From the human T2T-CHM13v2.0 reference genome, Homo sapiens, in NCBI RefSeq assembly GCF_009914755.1, contig NC_060934.1: 64,000 nt of DNA; one strand, given 5' to 3'. Below are positions 1 to 13,742 of this stretch, one piece after another. Below the pieces are notes generated by a model that made no database searches, had not been told where the DNA came from, and worked only from the letters and a program-made list of their open reading frames with translations. Both the position numbers and the translations under genes were made by a program. The first letter of the stretch is position 1. Each line of letters opens with the position of its first letter.

Positions 1-229
<229 letters not shown>

Positions 230-919
230 TCAGTTGATGTGTTTTTGGTTTTTGTGTTTGAATTTATTTGTGGGGTGTGTTATCTCTTGGAAGCCTGGGG
301 ACAGAGCACAGGTTACTTTGTGCGCTCTCCACCAGCTACAGAGAAGGAGCAAGTGATCTGAGCGGACAGCGGCTTTGCCCAAGCACAGACTCATTTCCTG
401 GTTCCCGGACTCTGCTATCGGACTCGAGCTGCAGGAAATGCTTCCCTAATCAGCAAGGGCTTTTCTTGTGTCTATCAGGACAGCAAACAAGCCCCAGGAG
501 ATCCAGAGGCTGGGTTCACCTCAGATACTTACTTGAATCTTATCCAAGCCTCCGGAATTTCAGTCAGCAAATTTTCACTGGCATCTGGATAAGAATGGCA
601 TCTCTAACGAGATTTGTAGTACTTCCTGCCTTTCTTTAAGTAAAAAATGTCAGGCATTAGGACAAGAAAAACTCTGACAGGGAATTTAAAAAATAGGGGA
701 AAGATATTCCCTCCCCACTGTTTATTTGAAAGAAAGGGATGATACTCAGTGTTGATTGAGATATATTGGGGAATAATCCAGAAAACAGTGGTGTGAGTGT
801 GTAATTGCAATCCACTCTATTTTGGAAAATATGCCATTAAAATGAAAAAACAACCTACAAAATATTTACACTTTTAAAATAAGTTTTCTTTTATGTGAGG
901 GTTTTGAAAAGTCTGTATC

Positions 920-1220
920 TTTTTATTTTATTTTATTTTATTTTATTTATTATTATTATTTTTTTTGAGACAAAGTCTCACTCTGTCGCCCGGGCTGGAG
1001 TGCAGTGGCACTAGGACTTAAGTGATTCTCGTGCCTCAGCCTCCTGAGTAGCTGGGGCTACAGGCATGTGCCACCAAGCCTGGCTAATTTTTTGTATTTT
1101 AGTAGACACAGGGTTTCACCATGTTGCCCAGGATGGTTTTGAACTCCTGAGCTCAGCTGATCTACCAGCCTCAGCCTACCAAAGTGCTGGGATTACAGGC
1201 GTGAGCCACCATGCTCGGCC
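920..1220 (-). mobile_element. Alu with an internal deletion
   Basis: T-rich tail, gagacaaagtctcactctgtcgcc...gtgagccaccatgctcggcc. Confidence 0.92.
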
Positions 1221-2010
1221 AGTCAGTATCATTTTTTAAAAATGTAGAACCTGGTTTGATGACTCTAATTAAATTGTCTGCCAATTACTGAAGAGCTACT
1301 ACATACTAGATTCTGGGCTTTAGTTCTAAAGCCCACAGCAACCTCATGAATAAATATTATTAGCCCCACTGTATAGATGAGATAACAGACTAGGAGGGAG
1401 AAGTTAGGAAACTTGCTTAATGCCTCCTGTTTAGAAAATAGCTGAACTGGAATTCAGCCCTGTCTTCCATTTCACCCTGCCTGTGTCTCACGCACAGAAC
1501 ACCCGGGGATCCGCTGGTTCCCAAAGCACTGATGAGAACCCTTAATTTTGTCAACATTTCCTGGCTCCAGTAAATGTGTTCCAGATTGGTGGTGATCTGA
1601 TTTCATATTATCTGCCAGGTGAAATGTTTCTGCCTGGCAACACGTTTGCACACTACCCACAGCTGTTTTATCATCTTCCCTTCTGTTTCTACCCCGAAAA
1701 ATGTTGGGACGCTCTATGGAGTCTCTGAGTCCTGAATCAGATTTGTGGCTCCGTATGTGCAGGATGAGGATTTACAGAACTGAAATAAGATATAGGAAGT
1801 GAAATTTGGCTTGTTTCCCCGATGGTTTTTACCAGTTTCCTTTGGTACTGCCTGAAAAACACATTGGACCTCAATTAAAAAAAAAAAAGAAAGTAAAAAA
1901 AACAGTGTAATATTGGACATTTGTGTATCTTCTATTACATCTAAGTTCAAAAGTTGGTATATAACCATTTCAGACAATATATGCAGAAAAGTTACGCCTT
2001 GAGCATGTGA

Positions 2011-2137
2011 GGCTGGGCGCAGTGGCTCACGCCTGTAACCCCAGAGCCTTGGGAGGCTGAGGTGGGAGGATTGTTAGAGTTCAGGAGTTCGAGATCAGCC
2101 TGGGCACTACAGTAAGACCCCAACTGTACAAAAAAAA
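2011..2137 (+). mobile_element. Alu left monomer (FLAM-like)
   Basis: ggctgggcgcagtggctcacgcctgtaa...gagttcgagatcagcctggg plus A run. Confidence 0.88.
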
Positions 2138-2819
2138 TTTCTGGTTTGAGTTGGTGTCTGGAAACAAAACAAACAACAAAAATTTAGCATGTGGAATTGT
2201 TGCTTTGTGCAGCAATACTAAAATATTTTGGTCTGCTCTTTTATAAAATTACAAAAGCATATTAGAGAAAATTATTTGTGGACAACACTCATCTGCTTTA
2301 AGAGATATATTTTAACCCAAGATTTGAATTTTGCTTCTAAGTCACACCTTTGCCAACCTTAATATGAAGCTATTGATAATAATAATAATAATGGTAATAA
2401 TAACAGTAGTAACTTATATTTATGGGGCATATACCATATGTCAGGCCTTGTTTTAAAAAGTATTAACTAATTCAGTTCTTCAAGACAAGTTTATAAGTAC
2501 TTAGAGCTGGTAAAAGATGTCAAAAGGTAATTCTCTTAAAGAGCTATTATCATTTCTCATCATGCCAAACATAGTAATTTAGTTACGCAGTCTCAATATC
2601 TACTTCAGTTCTTCTTTAATCCGCGAATTATTTATAATTTTTAAAACTTAAATACACTTATTTTCGTAATTAAGTTTTTTAAAATCCCTGAGTAAATTGG
2701 TTTTGGGAATAGCTAGTATTAAAATGCTACTTTTAGGAGCATGTCCTGTAGAATACGTCTGTGCAAGTAGAAAGATAATTATATTTAAGTTAGTACAACT
2801 TTAAAGAATTTTTTTGAAG

Positions 2820-2965
2820 GTTGTTGAGTACAGTGGTGTGTACCCTGTAGTCCCAGCTATTTAGGAGACTGAGGTAGGAGGAACGCTTGGACCCAGGAGT
2901 TGGAGAGCAACCTGAGCACCATAGTGAGACTCCATCTCTAAAAAATAAAAATAAATTTAAAAAAT
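2820..2965 (+). mobile_element. Alu monomer (FLAM-like)
   Basis: cctgtagtcccagcta...gagactccatctctaaaaa. Confidence 0.82.
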
Positions 2966-3020
2966 GTTTTTAAAAGCCAAAGGATAGTTTTTATTTTAAT
3001 TAATTGCTTTTGATCAATTA

Positions 3021-3456
<436 letters not shown>

Positions 3457-3988
3457 TCAGTCCTAGAACAGAATTGGAAACATTGTATTTTTGATTTCTT
3501 CACTGCTTAAGCAAAGCATCCTTGGTGTTAGCATAAGCACTTAGTGATTAGTATTTAATCATCATGTTAACGAAGAAGAGAAATTGACTTTAAAAAATGA
3601 TAAAATAAAATTCTTAGAATAAGGTTTGAAATATGCAGTGGAGGTAACACCTATTCATATTCACACAAGAAGACTTTACACTATCCTTGAGAAAGTAGAT
3701 AATAGTCAAGATGATGGGGTTTGAAGCCTCATTAGATCTGGGTTGGAACTTTAAAAATCTTACCAGATTACCTATGCTGCCTCTGCCTCCGTTTCCCCAC
3801 CTATCAGTGAAGGTAATAATTTTACTTGCCTTAGGTTGTCAGGAGAATCAAAGGAGACATGGTAGGCATGATTATTGTTACTTCCCTCAGTGACATTTTG
3901 ATTCAAGCACTTAGTTCTGAATTTAATTTCAACTGTTTTCTGAATGCCAAGTTCTTGTTTGTTTGTTTTGCTTTCTTTAAAAATATAG

Positions 3989-4102
3989 GATTAACCAGTT
4001 CCTTGACCTCAGGACTCTGGATTGGACTTAACAGTCTGAGCTTCAACAGCGGTTGGCAGTGGAGTGACCGCAGTCCTTTCCGATATTTGAACTGGTTACC
4101 AG
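3989..4102 (+). CDS. MRC1: MRC1 exon 5 (114 nt, phase 1-1), CTLD1
   Basis: tag|GA..CAG|gtaggg; encodes (G)LTSSLTSGLWIGLNSLSFNSGWQWSDRSPFRYLNWLP(G) with the WIGL C-type lectin motif; recognised as mannose receptor. Confidence 0.97.
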
Positions 4103-5231
4103 GTAGGGTTAAGCCTGTTTGTGTCGAATTAATCCAAATTTAAGTCATCTAGACGCCCCGAAGACGTTTATTATCTCACCTGTTGATCTCAAAGAGAAGA
4201 ATTGGGAGACTTCATCAAATACAGTTCATTTCACCTTGTTTTGAAATCTATGCTAGATTTCCATTTACTGAATTGTAAGGTTATACCAGCTTCCTGGGAT
4301 AGGGATTTGTCTGCCAGGATTCTCACACAAAACAATAAAGGTCTCTGTTTAAAGTTTCAGTTCTCAGAGTATCCCTGATGTGTTGGGTACTATATTCAAA
4401 AGCAGATGTTGTGGCTACTCTTAAACATGATTTACTAAATATGCTACTTGCATTGTTACTATATACTTGCTGTTGCATTGACTTTGTCAACATCCTTGAG
4501 AGGATTAGCCAACATCTCTTTGTAAAGTTTGACAAGTGGATTGAAATTATTTTGGGTTGGAGAGATTTTTTATGACTGTACCTTGAGTCATGAGGTATTT
4601 GCAATATTGCTGTCCTTGTGACAGTGATTTTAACATCTACATTAACACCCACTTTTCCTGTTTTTGATTTAATAACATCGGCTTAAAAATACTATCTCAG
4701 TTACAGCTTATGATATTCCATACTAGCATAAAAATTCATTAGAGGTTTCTCGACAGTAGTTTATAGAAAAACAGAGTTGGGGATGATAAAACCTACAACA
4801 GCTTTCTAATTTTTTTAGAGGATAGAAAATGCTGTGAACTAATTATTTCTACATTGTCATAACATGAAAGTAACAGAATATAAAATAAGTTTACATATTG
4901 AGCAACTATTTAGAGAAAACAAAAAAATGATATAAAGTTTTTCTTATTCACCAGTACCAACTGGCGTTAGTAGCCACTTGAGGCCTTCTATTGGGTATAA
5001 ATTCAATCCCCACCCCTCAATCCCACCCCAGTGCCATTTTTTTTTTTTTTTTTTAGGAAAGAGTGCAATTAATGATTAGTGACGTCTGCCGTGGGTGTGG
5101 GAAAGGAGAGAAGTATCATATTGGTCACATCTTATCAAATCTCCTATGGGCCATACCATTATAATACGGTGTTCTTCAGACAGTCAGACTTCTCTTTTAA
5201 AGCCATTGAGTGGTTTTCGCATTTGGCTTAG

Positions 5232-5558
<327 letters not shown>

Positions 5559-6681
5559 GAAAATCTCCATTTTCTATATTGGTTTATTGTATTAAAAGAA
5601 GAAAAACTTCAATAAAATAATATTTCAAATAGATGCTAAAACACGAGAAAATTTTTAGAGAATATATTTTGGCTTAAATAAATTAGATTTTACTCTGAAA
5701 TTCCAGTTTCAAAGCGTTACTTCAACATATGATGGTTACAGTGCTGTCACTCAAGTCTTGAGCCAATAATCAGTTCTATTTTTTTCTGGAACATGGAAGG
5801 TAAAAATTTCTGGAATATGGGAAGACTTACTGCAAGGGAATACATATAAAATATCCTTTTTTGTGCGTGAAAATTTAGGTGTCTGTCTACCTATTCAGCC
5901 AGATGCAATTAGAGAATACTAGTTGGCCTCAATCAGATTATTAGACAATAAAACTTATTAGGGGACTAGAATTTATTCTTCTTTGTGTTGCTAAATTTTT
6001 ATACATATTAGGCAGTCATTTAATTTATTCACTTGGGGGTGATGATTATATTTAACCGCTTGCATCCTACGAGTTCAGGGAGAAAACTTCCGGGTTAACT
6101 TTGGGTGGAGTAAAGAATGAAAGTGGAATATGATTAAGAAAGGGAAGCAAATGCTTTCTAAAATTAAACTTCAATTCCTAAGAAGTAGGTGCAAGATTAA
6201 ATCACCTTGCGAAATAGTATGAGAGTTTCTTCCAACTAAAATTAGAGATCTTGTGGAAATTAAAAATCGGTTTCATATTTGTTCAGTCAAGCATTCAATT
6301 GAATAATTACCAAGTAATGAAAATATTAAAATATATTCACTTTTGAAGTGAGGATGTTTTGCATAAATGATGTACAAGTGTGAATTCAAATATATAATAA
6401 CTATGGTAAACATCAAAACCACTAGTTGATGTCTCAAAGTTGAGAGAGGTATTGTATTGATAAATAAATGTGTAATATGATTTACTAATTAGCACATCAA
6501 TTAATAACTTAGAGCTAGAAATGTATTTGTTTGAAAGTTTCTTTTTAGTGCTGATACCTTATCTGTTAGTTCAGTTATCCTGTTATTTTAGTTACAGTAT
6601 CAGCAAATGTTTAAGATACCTTTATGCTTATTACTAACTTTATGATAACTTTATGCTTATTACTAACTTTAAGATAACTTT

Positions 6682-6973
6682 GGCCAGGTGCAGTGGCTCA
6701 CGCCTGTAATACCAGCACTTTGGGAGGCTGAGGCGGGTGGATCCCGAGGTCAGGAGTTCAAGACCAGCCTGGTCAAGATGGTGAAACCCCGTCTATACTA
6801 AAAATACAAAAATTAGCTGGGCATGGTGTGGGCACTTGTAGTCCCAGCTACTCAGGAGGCTGAGGCAGAGAATTGCTTGAACCCAGGAGGTGGAGGTTGC
6901 AGTGAGCTGAGATCACGCCACTGGACTCTAGCCTGAGTGACAGAGCAAAACTCCATCTCAAAAAGAAAAAAAA
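6682..6973 (+). mobile_element. Full-length Alu (AluS-like)
   Basis: Alu consensus; target-site duplication (TSD) aagataactt on both sides. Confidence 0.95.
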
Positions 6974-7430
6974 AAGATAACTTAATGCTTATTACTAACC
7001 ATTATTTTCTTTGTGTGGTAGTTAAATAAACTTTAAAAAAATCATTTAATTACCACACAAAGAATACCACCAAAACTTTAAAAAGGTTATTTAGGTTATT
7101 ACCTGCTCCAGACTTTGTGGAGCAGGTAATATGATTTCCGTCTTGCAGGAAAGGAAGTGACATTCAGGCACAGGTTACATACACATTGGAGGTCACAAAG
7201 CATAGGTATTAACAGAATGTGGCTCATTCACCCTGTCTTCAGGTGGAAGGTGAAGCTAGTTTGGGGAGTACTGGTTTTTAAATCATATATTAGAGTAGCA
7301 AAACGCATGTGAAATGTATCAATGCCTACATTCATCCCTTTAGCAACGTTGACTTTATCTGGTTCTTTAATCAGTTTCCACTAAGAAATGGATAAGGCAT
7401 AGCTGCTGAAAGTCTTCTTCAGTAGGCTGA

Positions 7431-7815
<385 letters not shown>

Positions 7816-7860
7816 CTAATAATGTTTAGTGTGGCAGGTTTGGAACATCATGTATTCTTT

Positions 7861-8229
7861 CTTTTTAATAAATTCTACTTGTAGATTCAGAGATACATGT
7901 ACACGGTTGTTACATACCTAGGTAAATTGCATGTTGCTGAGGTTTGGGATATAAATGATCCATCCCATCAACCAGGCAGTGAGCATAGAACCCAGTAGCT
8001 AGTTTTCCAAACTTTGTTACCCTCCATTCCTCCCCCATCTCATAGTCCCCAGTTTCTGTTGTTGCCATCTTTGTGTCCATGAGTACTCGGTATTTAGCTC
8101 CCACTTAGAAGTGAGAACATGGCTATTTGGCTTTCTGTTCTGCATTAATTCGCTTAGGATAATGGCCTCTAGTTGCATCCATGTTGCTGCAAAGGACATG
8201 ATGATTTCATTTTTTTTTATGGCGGCATA
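7861..8229 (-). mobile_element. 5'-truncated L1 (ORF2 C-terminus plus 3' UTR)
   Basis: Minus-strand YAAIKKNEIIMSFAATWMQLEAIILSEL; TSD atcatg(t/c)attcttt at 7847-7860 and 8230-8243. Confidence 0.92.
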
Positions 8230-8417
8230 ATCATGCATTCTTTTCATTAGGTACCTCTCTTTGATAATGTAATCCGTTGTGACAACTGTTCAAGTTTTAA
8301 GGTGTAGCTTTATTAGCTGATAATGGGGGAAAGGGTTGTTTCAAAGAAGTATATTTGCTTTATCAACATTCTAAGTATTGGAATGATCCAACGATAAGAA
8401 AACAATAGACACCCATC

Positions 8418-8438
8418 GTGTCTTTTGCTCTGCAGTCA
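8418..8438 (+). ncRNA. MIR511: mature miR-511-5p (GUGUCUUUUGCUCUGCAGUCA)
   Basis: 5' arm of the hairpin; ends taken from the recalled mature sequence. Confidence 0.9.
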
Positions 8439-8455
8439 GTAAATATTTTTTTGTG

Positions 8456-8475
8456 AATGTGTAGCAAAAGACAGA
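8456..8475 (+). ncRNA. MIR511: mature miR-511-3p (AAUGUGUAGCAAAAGACAGA)
   Basis: 3' arm of the hairpin; ends taken from the recalled mature sequence. Confidence 0.88.
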
Positions 8476-8584
8476 ATGGTGGTCCATTGAATCCCCAGGA
8501 TGAAGACATGAGGAGACGTGGGAGGGATGCTATCTGCTGGGAATAGCTATAATAGTCCACTTTAACTTTTCCTTTTCCTCGAAG

Positions 8585-8731
8585 GAAGTCCATCAGCTGA
8601 ACCTGGAAAAAGCTGTGTGTCACTAAATCCTGGAAAAAATGCTAAATGGGAAAATCTGGAATGTGTTCAGAAACTGGGCTATATTTGCAAAAAGGGCAAC
8701 ACCACTTTAAATTCTTTTGTTATTCCCTCAG
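8585..8731 (+). CDS. MRC1: MRC1 exon 6 (147 nt, phase 1-1), end of CTLD1 plus linker
   Basis: aag|GA..CAG|gtaagt; (G)SPSAEPGKSCVSLNPGKNAKWENLECVQKLGYICKKGNTTLNSFVIPS; absent from the ORF track. Confidence 0.97.
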
Positions 8732-9208
8732 GTAAGTGATCTATGGGATCTGAAGTGCCTCAACTATTAGAATTGAAAGATAAGTAACATTACAGCTTAG
8801 GTGTAACTGTTGGAATGCCGCCAGAGGTTTTGTGGATAGTTGATGGGGTAAACTTAATGATATTACTGCAATATTTCTGTGTGCTGGTTGCTAGTATTTC
8901 CTGAGTGTGCGGCGGTGTCTGGGCATTGTGGAGATCCTCTGACCTAAATAAAAATGTTACCTTCCCAATCAGTCCTCTGAGGTAGGTGTCATGATTCACA
9001 TGCTATAGTTGAGGAAAAAGATATTCAGAGGATACAGAAACCTTGCAGACATGGCAAAACCGGAATCCAAGCTAGAAAGTCAACATTTGGAAGGGATGTT
9101 TATATTAGGTCCTCACGGCTCTATCTGGGCTTCCTTGCTATTCAGTGTAGCGTCTTATACTAAAGTTTTCATAAAATAGAATAAAATATCTAAAAAGTTG
9201 TAACTGAA

Positions 9209-9503
9209 TTTTATTTATTTATTGAGACAGAGTCTCATTCTGTCACCCAGGCTGGAGTACAATGGCGCGATCTCAGCTCACTGCAAACTTCGCCTCCTGG
9301 GTTCGTGATTCTCCTGCCTCAGCCTCCCGAGTAGTTGGGATTACAGATGTGTGCCATCACGCCCAGCTAATTTTTGTATTTTTAGCAGAGATGGTGTTTC
9401 GCTGTGTTGGCCAGGCTTGTCTTGAACTCCTGACCTTGGGTGATCTACCCACCTCAGCCTCCCAAAGTGCTGGGATTACAGGCATGAGCCACCGTGCCTG
9501 GCC
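9209..9503 (-). mobile_element. Full-length Alu
   Basis: Reverse Alu; TSD tgtaactgaatttta. Confidence 0.95.
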
Positions 9504-9899
9504 TGTAACTGAATTTTAAATATCGGCTAGACTTCAAGAAAAAAAAAAATCAATTGTGTTGTCCCTTACAATTTTATAGGAGAATAAACTACTAAGGCAA
9601 GAATTCTTTCTTCCAATTGATGAAAGACAAACTACATATTTTTTATTATTACCTCTTTTTGGAGGGACAGCGAATGCTTTAAATGGTTTAATTTATTTCT
9701 GTTTTTCTGCTGGAGGAAACTGACAATGTGGCATTCTTGTTTTTTTCTTCCCATTGGCTTTGAAAGCAATTTCATGTATTTTAAAATACGCTTGACATAG
9801 CTAGAGATTCAAAAGATACAACATGATAAATAATAAGGTTTTCCCTACCTCTCACCTGTAACACCCAGTTTACCTTCCTGGAGAATAATTGTTTCTGGG

Positions 9900-10310
9900 T
9901 GTGTATCCTTAGTTATTCTGTGACTATATAAACAAATATATTTATAATTATTTTTGTTTCATACAAATGGCAGTATACTATAATATGTTTTTATCCTAAG
10001 TTTTCCACTTAACAACAATTTTGGACATCATTCCACGTAGAATATAAACAGCTTCTATGTTTAATTTTATGGCTGTCCAAAAGCTATTGCAGAGACAGCA
10101 CATATATTTTTTTGACCGATCTCCTGTGTAATGGATTTTTAATTTAATTTACTTCCAATCTTTTATTAATACAAACAGTCCTGAGGTAAATAACTATATA
10201 CATTCTATGCACATCATTTCATGCATGTGATCATTCCTGGAAGTGGAATTGTTGGATTAGGGAGGAGATGTGTTTGCAATTTTAATTGATATAGATTTGG
10301 CCAAGATCCT
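9900..10310 (-). mobile_element. Old L1M-type fragment
   Basis: Degenerate L1 3'-region words such as ttcctggaagtggaattgttgga and ttttccacttaacaa. Confidence 0.5.
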
Positions 10311-10934
10311 AAATAGATATAGATGCGGGACCTGGATGTTGGGTTTGATTATCCTTTACAGGCTCTCCATAGTGACGGTGGGTATCTTTAGAGAAAGCTC
10401 ACCATTTTTGCATTTTACCTCTACTATTCCTCCTCTAGGAGAAATAGTGTATTTTTTCCTTTTTTGGAAGCCTTCATTACAATTCTCTTTCTAAGACTTG
10501 GAATTTCCATGTTGCCAAAGAGGAGAATAGTTACTTTATAGTTTCTCTGGTACAGCACTCAGAATTCTGTAACTTGGCCTTACTGCTTAACCTGCCGGTG
10601 CTGGGATCCTCATGTGTAAAATGGAAATGTTCATGACTCTTCTTCCTGAGATAAAATTTTGTTCATTTCATCAAACACTCAGTACATTCTTATTCCTCCA
10701 TGATGCCTTCTTCACTCGCTAACCACTTGATGTCAGTTTCTGAACATCTCTATACTCCCTGGATTAATGATTCTGTTTTATCTATAAACTCAAATAAACC
10801 AGAGCTTGGAAAAGCGTATCAGAGTTCAAATTATGCAGCATACGGGATTAGCAACAGCCTTAGGCAAGAATTCAACCTCAAACCCTGTGAATTATTGTAA
10901 CACTAACCCATTTGTCCATAATCCTCAGGTCTCT

Positions 10935-11005
10935 AGGGCTGTACTCTCTGGCTTAGCAGCCACTTAACCGCATGTGGCCACTGAGCACATGAGCTGTGGC
11001 TAGAG
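10935..11005. mobile_element. MER3-like hAT DNA transposon fragment
   Basis: cagccacttaaccgcatgtggccactgagcacatgagctgtggctag resembles the MER3 core. Confidence 0.55.
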
Positions 11006-12450
11006 GAACAAATCATCTTCTGTGGCTGCCCCAGGGAACTCCCCTTCATTTCACTCAAGTTGGTTGTTTTCATGCTTTCAAATATGTTTAAAGTTCATCA
11101 TTTCAGTTTTTGAAGGACAGCATTGGCTGATACTATTTTCAATTTCCTAGGTAGCAAAATTAAAATAACCCACCAGAGGGCTCCAAAGCTGTACTAAGCT
11201 TGCTTTCTTTTTCTTTTTCTTCTTTTTTTTTTTGTAACCACTGGAAGTGCACAGAATCTAAATTGTATTGAGGGAATAGAATTTTTTTAAATATGCATTT
11301 TTTATTACAATTGTACAGCATTTGAGCCTCATGACTGAGTAGTTACTTGTATGACTGCAGGGCACAAAATCCTGGGCTTAAACAATGATGTTTCAGATAC
11401 TCTCCACCTTTAAGGGAAGATACGACCAATTCATCAAAGGAATAGTGAAGAAAGGTACCCTATAATGAACATATACTAAGACAGCCATTTGAAAACATTT
11501 AATATGAGCTTAAATAATATATACGTTCACTTTCATTTGGCAATATAGTCCCCTTCTAAGCAAAACATGTTGCCAAATTACTGTTTGAAATAGTATCTCT
11601 AGAATAGTAATAACAAGCAGCCATATATCAACTATAACTTCAATTCTTTTTCTCTTCCAATACTCAATACGCTTATATGTACCAGGCCCTGTGCCAGGCT
11701 CAAGGCAATAGGGATGAATAAACATCTGCCTTCAAATGTCTTTATTGTCACTTTCCCCTAGCTCATTACTATTAAATTTTTGCAGCGTATAATCAAGATT
11801 ATACAATTTGATCCTATTAGTAGCGAGGCTGAGGATGTTGACAGCTGGTTTAATTAAATAATGATTGTGTGGTGCTTGTGATTTACAAGCACACTCTCTC
11901 TATTCTTTTCTAGTTCAGAAGAACATGGGGTGGGTGGTTTGATATTAGTGTTAGTACTAATCTCATTTAAAAATTTTCACCTATATGGGTACTCCTTTTC
12001 ATGTGATGTGACTTGCCGAAGATCACACAACTTACCGCAAATTCAGGTTTTAGGAGTTATGACTCCAGATCCCTCTCCTAGTCACAAGCACGTGTCAGTT
12101 TTGGGTAGCAACTAAATGGTAGTGGGTCTGTTCTGAGGCAACAAGTGGCTGACTCATGTGGCTATGGTGGCGGAGGCTCCTTGGAGACCGTTTGTCCCCC
12201 AGCCATTCCAGCTCTCTACTTCAACACTAACCTGCCTCTCAAGAGTGACTGGCTCCCTAATGTCCATAGAATAAAGTAAATTCAAATCTTTTAGGGGATG
12301 TGTTTAGTCCCCCAAAGCTTTCAGGCCTCCAGCATTTAAACAGTGCATAACAGATGCTTAGTTCAGGTTTGCTGACAAGATTTAGATAATCTAATATGTA
12401 TTAGTATAGTCTTGTTGTAGATATAACTTTTTAAAAAGAGATTTCCCATA

Positions 12451-12628
12451 GCCAAGTACAGTGGCTTATGCCCTGTAGTAGCAGCTACTTAGGAGGCTGA
12501 GGCAGGAGGACTGCTTGAGCCCAGGAGGTTGAGGCTGCAATGAGACATGATCACACCACCGCACTCTGGCCTGGGGAATAGAGGGAGACCTTGTCTCTTA
12601 AAAAAAAAAAAAAAAGAAAGAAAGAAAG
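12451..12628 (+). mobile_element. Alu monomer (FRAM/AluJ right arm)
   Basis: Alu right-arm sequence plus A/GAAA tail. Confidence 0.88.
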
Positions 12629-12874
12629 TTGATAAGGTGATTTCCCATTTGATTAAAAAGTAGGTTATTTTGTTTTGTCTAAAAACCAACAAAATAGTAT
12701 ATGCCTTGTCTATTTTTGGTGAATATGTATGCTGCGAAAATAAAAACTAAATATTACCTTTATTTGCCTAGTAACTATAAGCTGTTTCATGTATTATATA
12801 AAATGATTAAAATATTGTTATAGTTTTAATCAAATCTTTTAAAATTTTTTTCCGACCCCCCTTTTTGTTTCTAG

Positions 12875-13060
12875 AAAGTGATGTGCCTACTCACTGTCCT
12901 AGTCAGTGGTGGCCGTATGCCGGTCACTGTTACAAGATTCACAGAGATGAGAAAAAAATCCAGAGGGATGCTCTGACCACCTGCAGGAAGGAAGGCGGTG
13001 ACCTCACAAGTATCCACACCATCGAGGAATTGGACTTTATTATCTCCCAGCTAGGATATG
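12875..13060 (+). CDS. MRC1: MRC1 exon 7 (186 nt, phase 1-1), CTLD2 N-terminal part
   Basis: tag|AA..ATG|gtgaga; (E)SDVPTHCPSQWWPYAGHCYKIHRDEKKIQRDALTTCRKEGGDLTSIHTIEELDFIISQLGY. Confidence 0.97.
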
Positions 13061-13612
13061 GTGAGAAACTTGACAGTGATAATATACTTGGCTTTAATCC
13101 TGGGAGCACCCCTTTCTACCCAACTCTGGAAAATTCTATCATAAACATCAAATTTAATCAATGTAAATCAATAATTCAACGAACAACGTATGAATTTAAT
13201 CACAAATGCTGAAAATGCCACAATGTGAAAATTGTATAATAATTGAAAGAATTCTTATCACTGAAAGATAATTCAATTTCTTTTTCTTTTAATGTGTAAT
13301 CCATTTATGGGTAGTTTTAAAACATTATTTTTTTCATGCATTATCTGGATGCAGAGCAGTCTACCTTACACTTGTGAACAATGCTTAATTCCTTGGAATT
13401 ATCTGTGTGTGTGTGTGTATCTTCTTTTTTTAGGTCCATATTTTATCTCCTAAAAAAGATTTCTAAATGGACTGTTTCAGACTTTAGATTTCTTTTTTCT
13501 TTGTGAATTTAGCTGATGCTGGGAGGGTGTTGAACAGTGAAAAATATAGGAGTTTTTTTTTTTTTGAAATGGTTAGATGTCAGCCTAAACCTTTTAAAGG
13601 AATATATTTCTT

Positions 13613-13742
13613 GGCCAAGCTACGGTGGCTCATGCCTGTAATCCCACCACTTTGGGAGGCCAAGGTGGGAAGGATAGCTTGAGCCCAGGAGTTTGAGGCC
13701 AGTCCAGGGAACATAGCAAGACCTCGTCTCTACTAAAAAAAA
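13613..13742 (+). mobile_element. Alu left monomer (FLAM-like)
   Basis: ggccaagctacggtggctcatgcctgtaatccc...tctctactaaaaaa. Confidence 0.88.

Larger units (their letters stand above)
8403..8489 (+). ncRNA. MIR511: pre-miR-511 hairpin in MRC1 intron 5
   Basis: Fold-back: TGTCTTTTGCT (8419-8429) pairs perfectly with AGCAAAAGACA (8463-8473); ends CAAT/ATTG pair; sequence matches hsa-mir-511 as recalled, and miR-511 is known to sit in MRC1 intron 5. Confidence 0.96.

Noticed and set aside
268-639. 123-aa ORF and relatively GC-rich patch with ETS-like GGAA cores (possible intronic enhancer)
   Set aside because: Non-ATG start, no recognisable domain; short motifs alone cannot support a regulatory call
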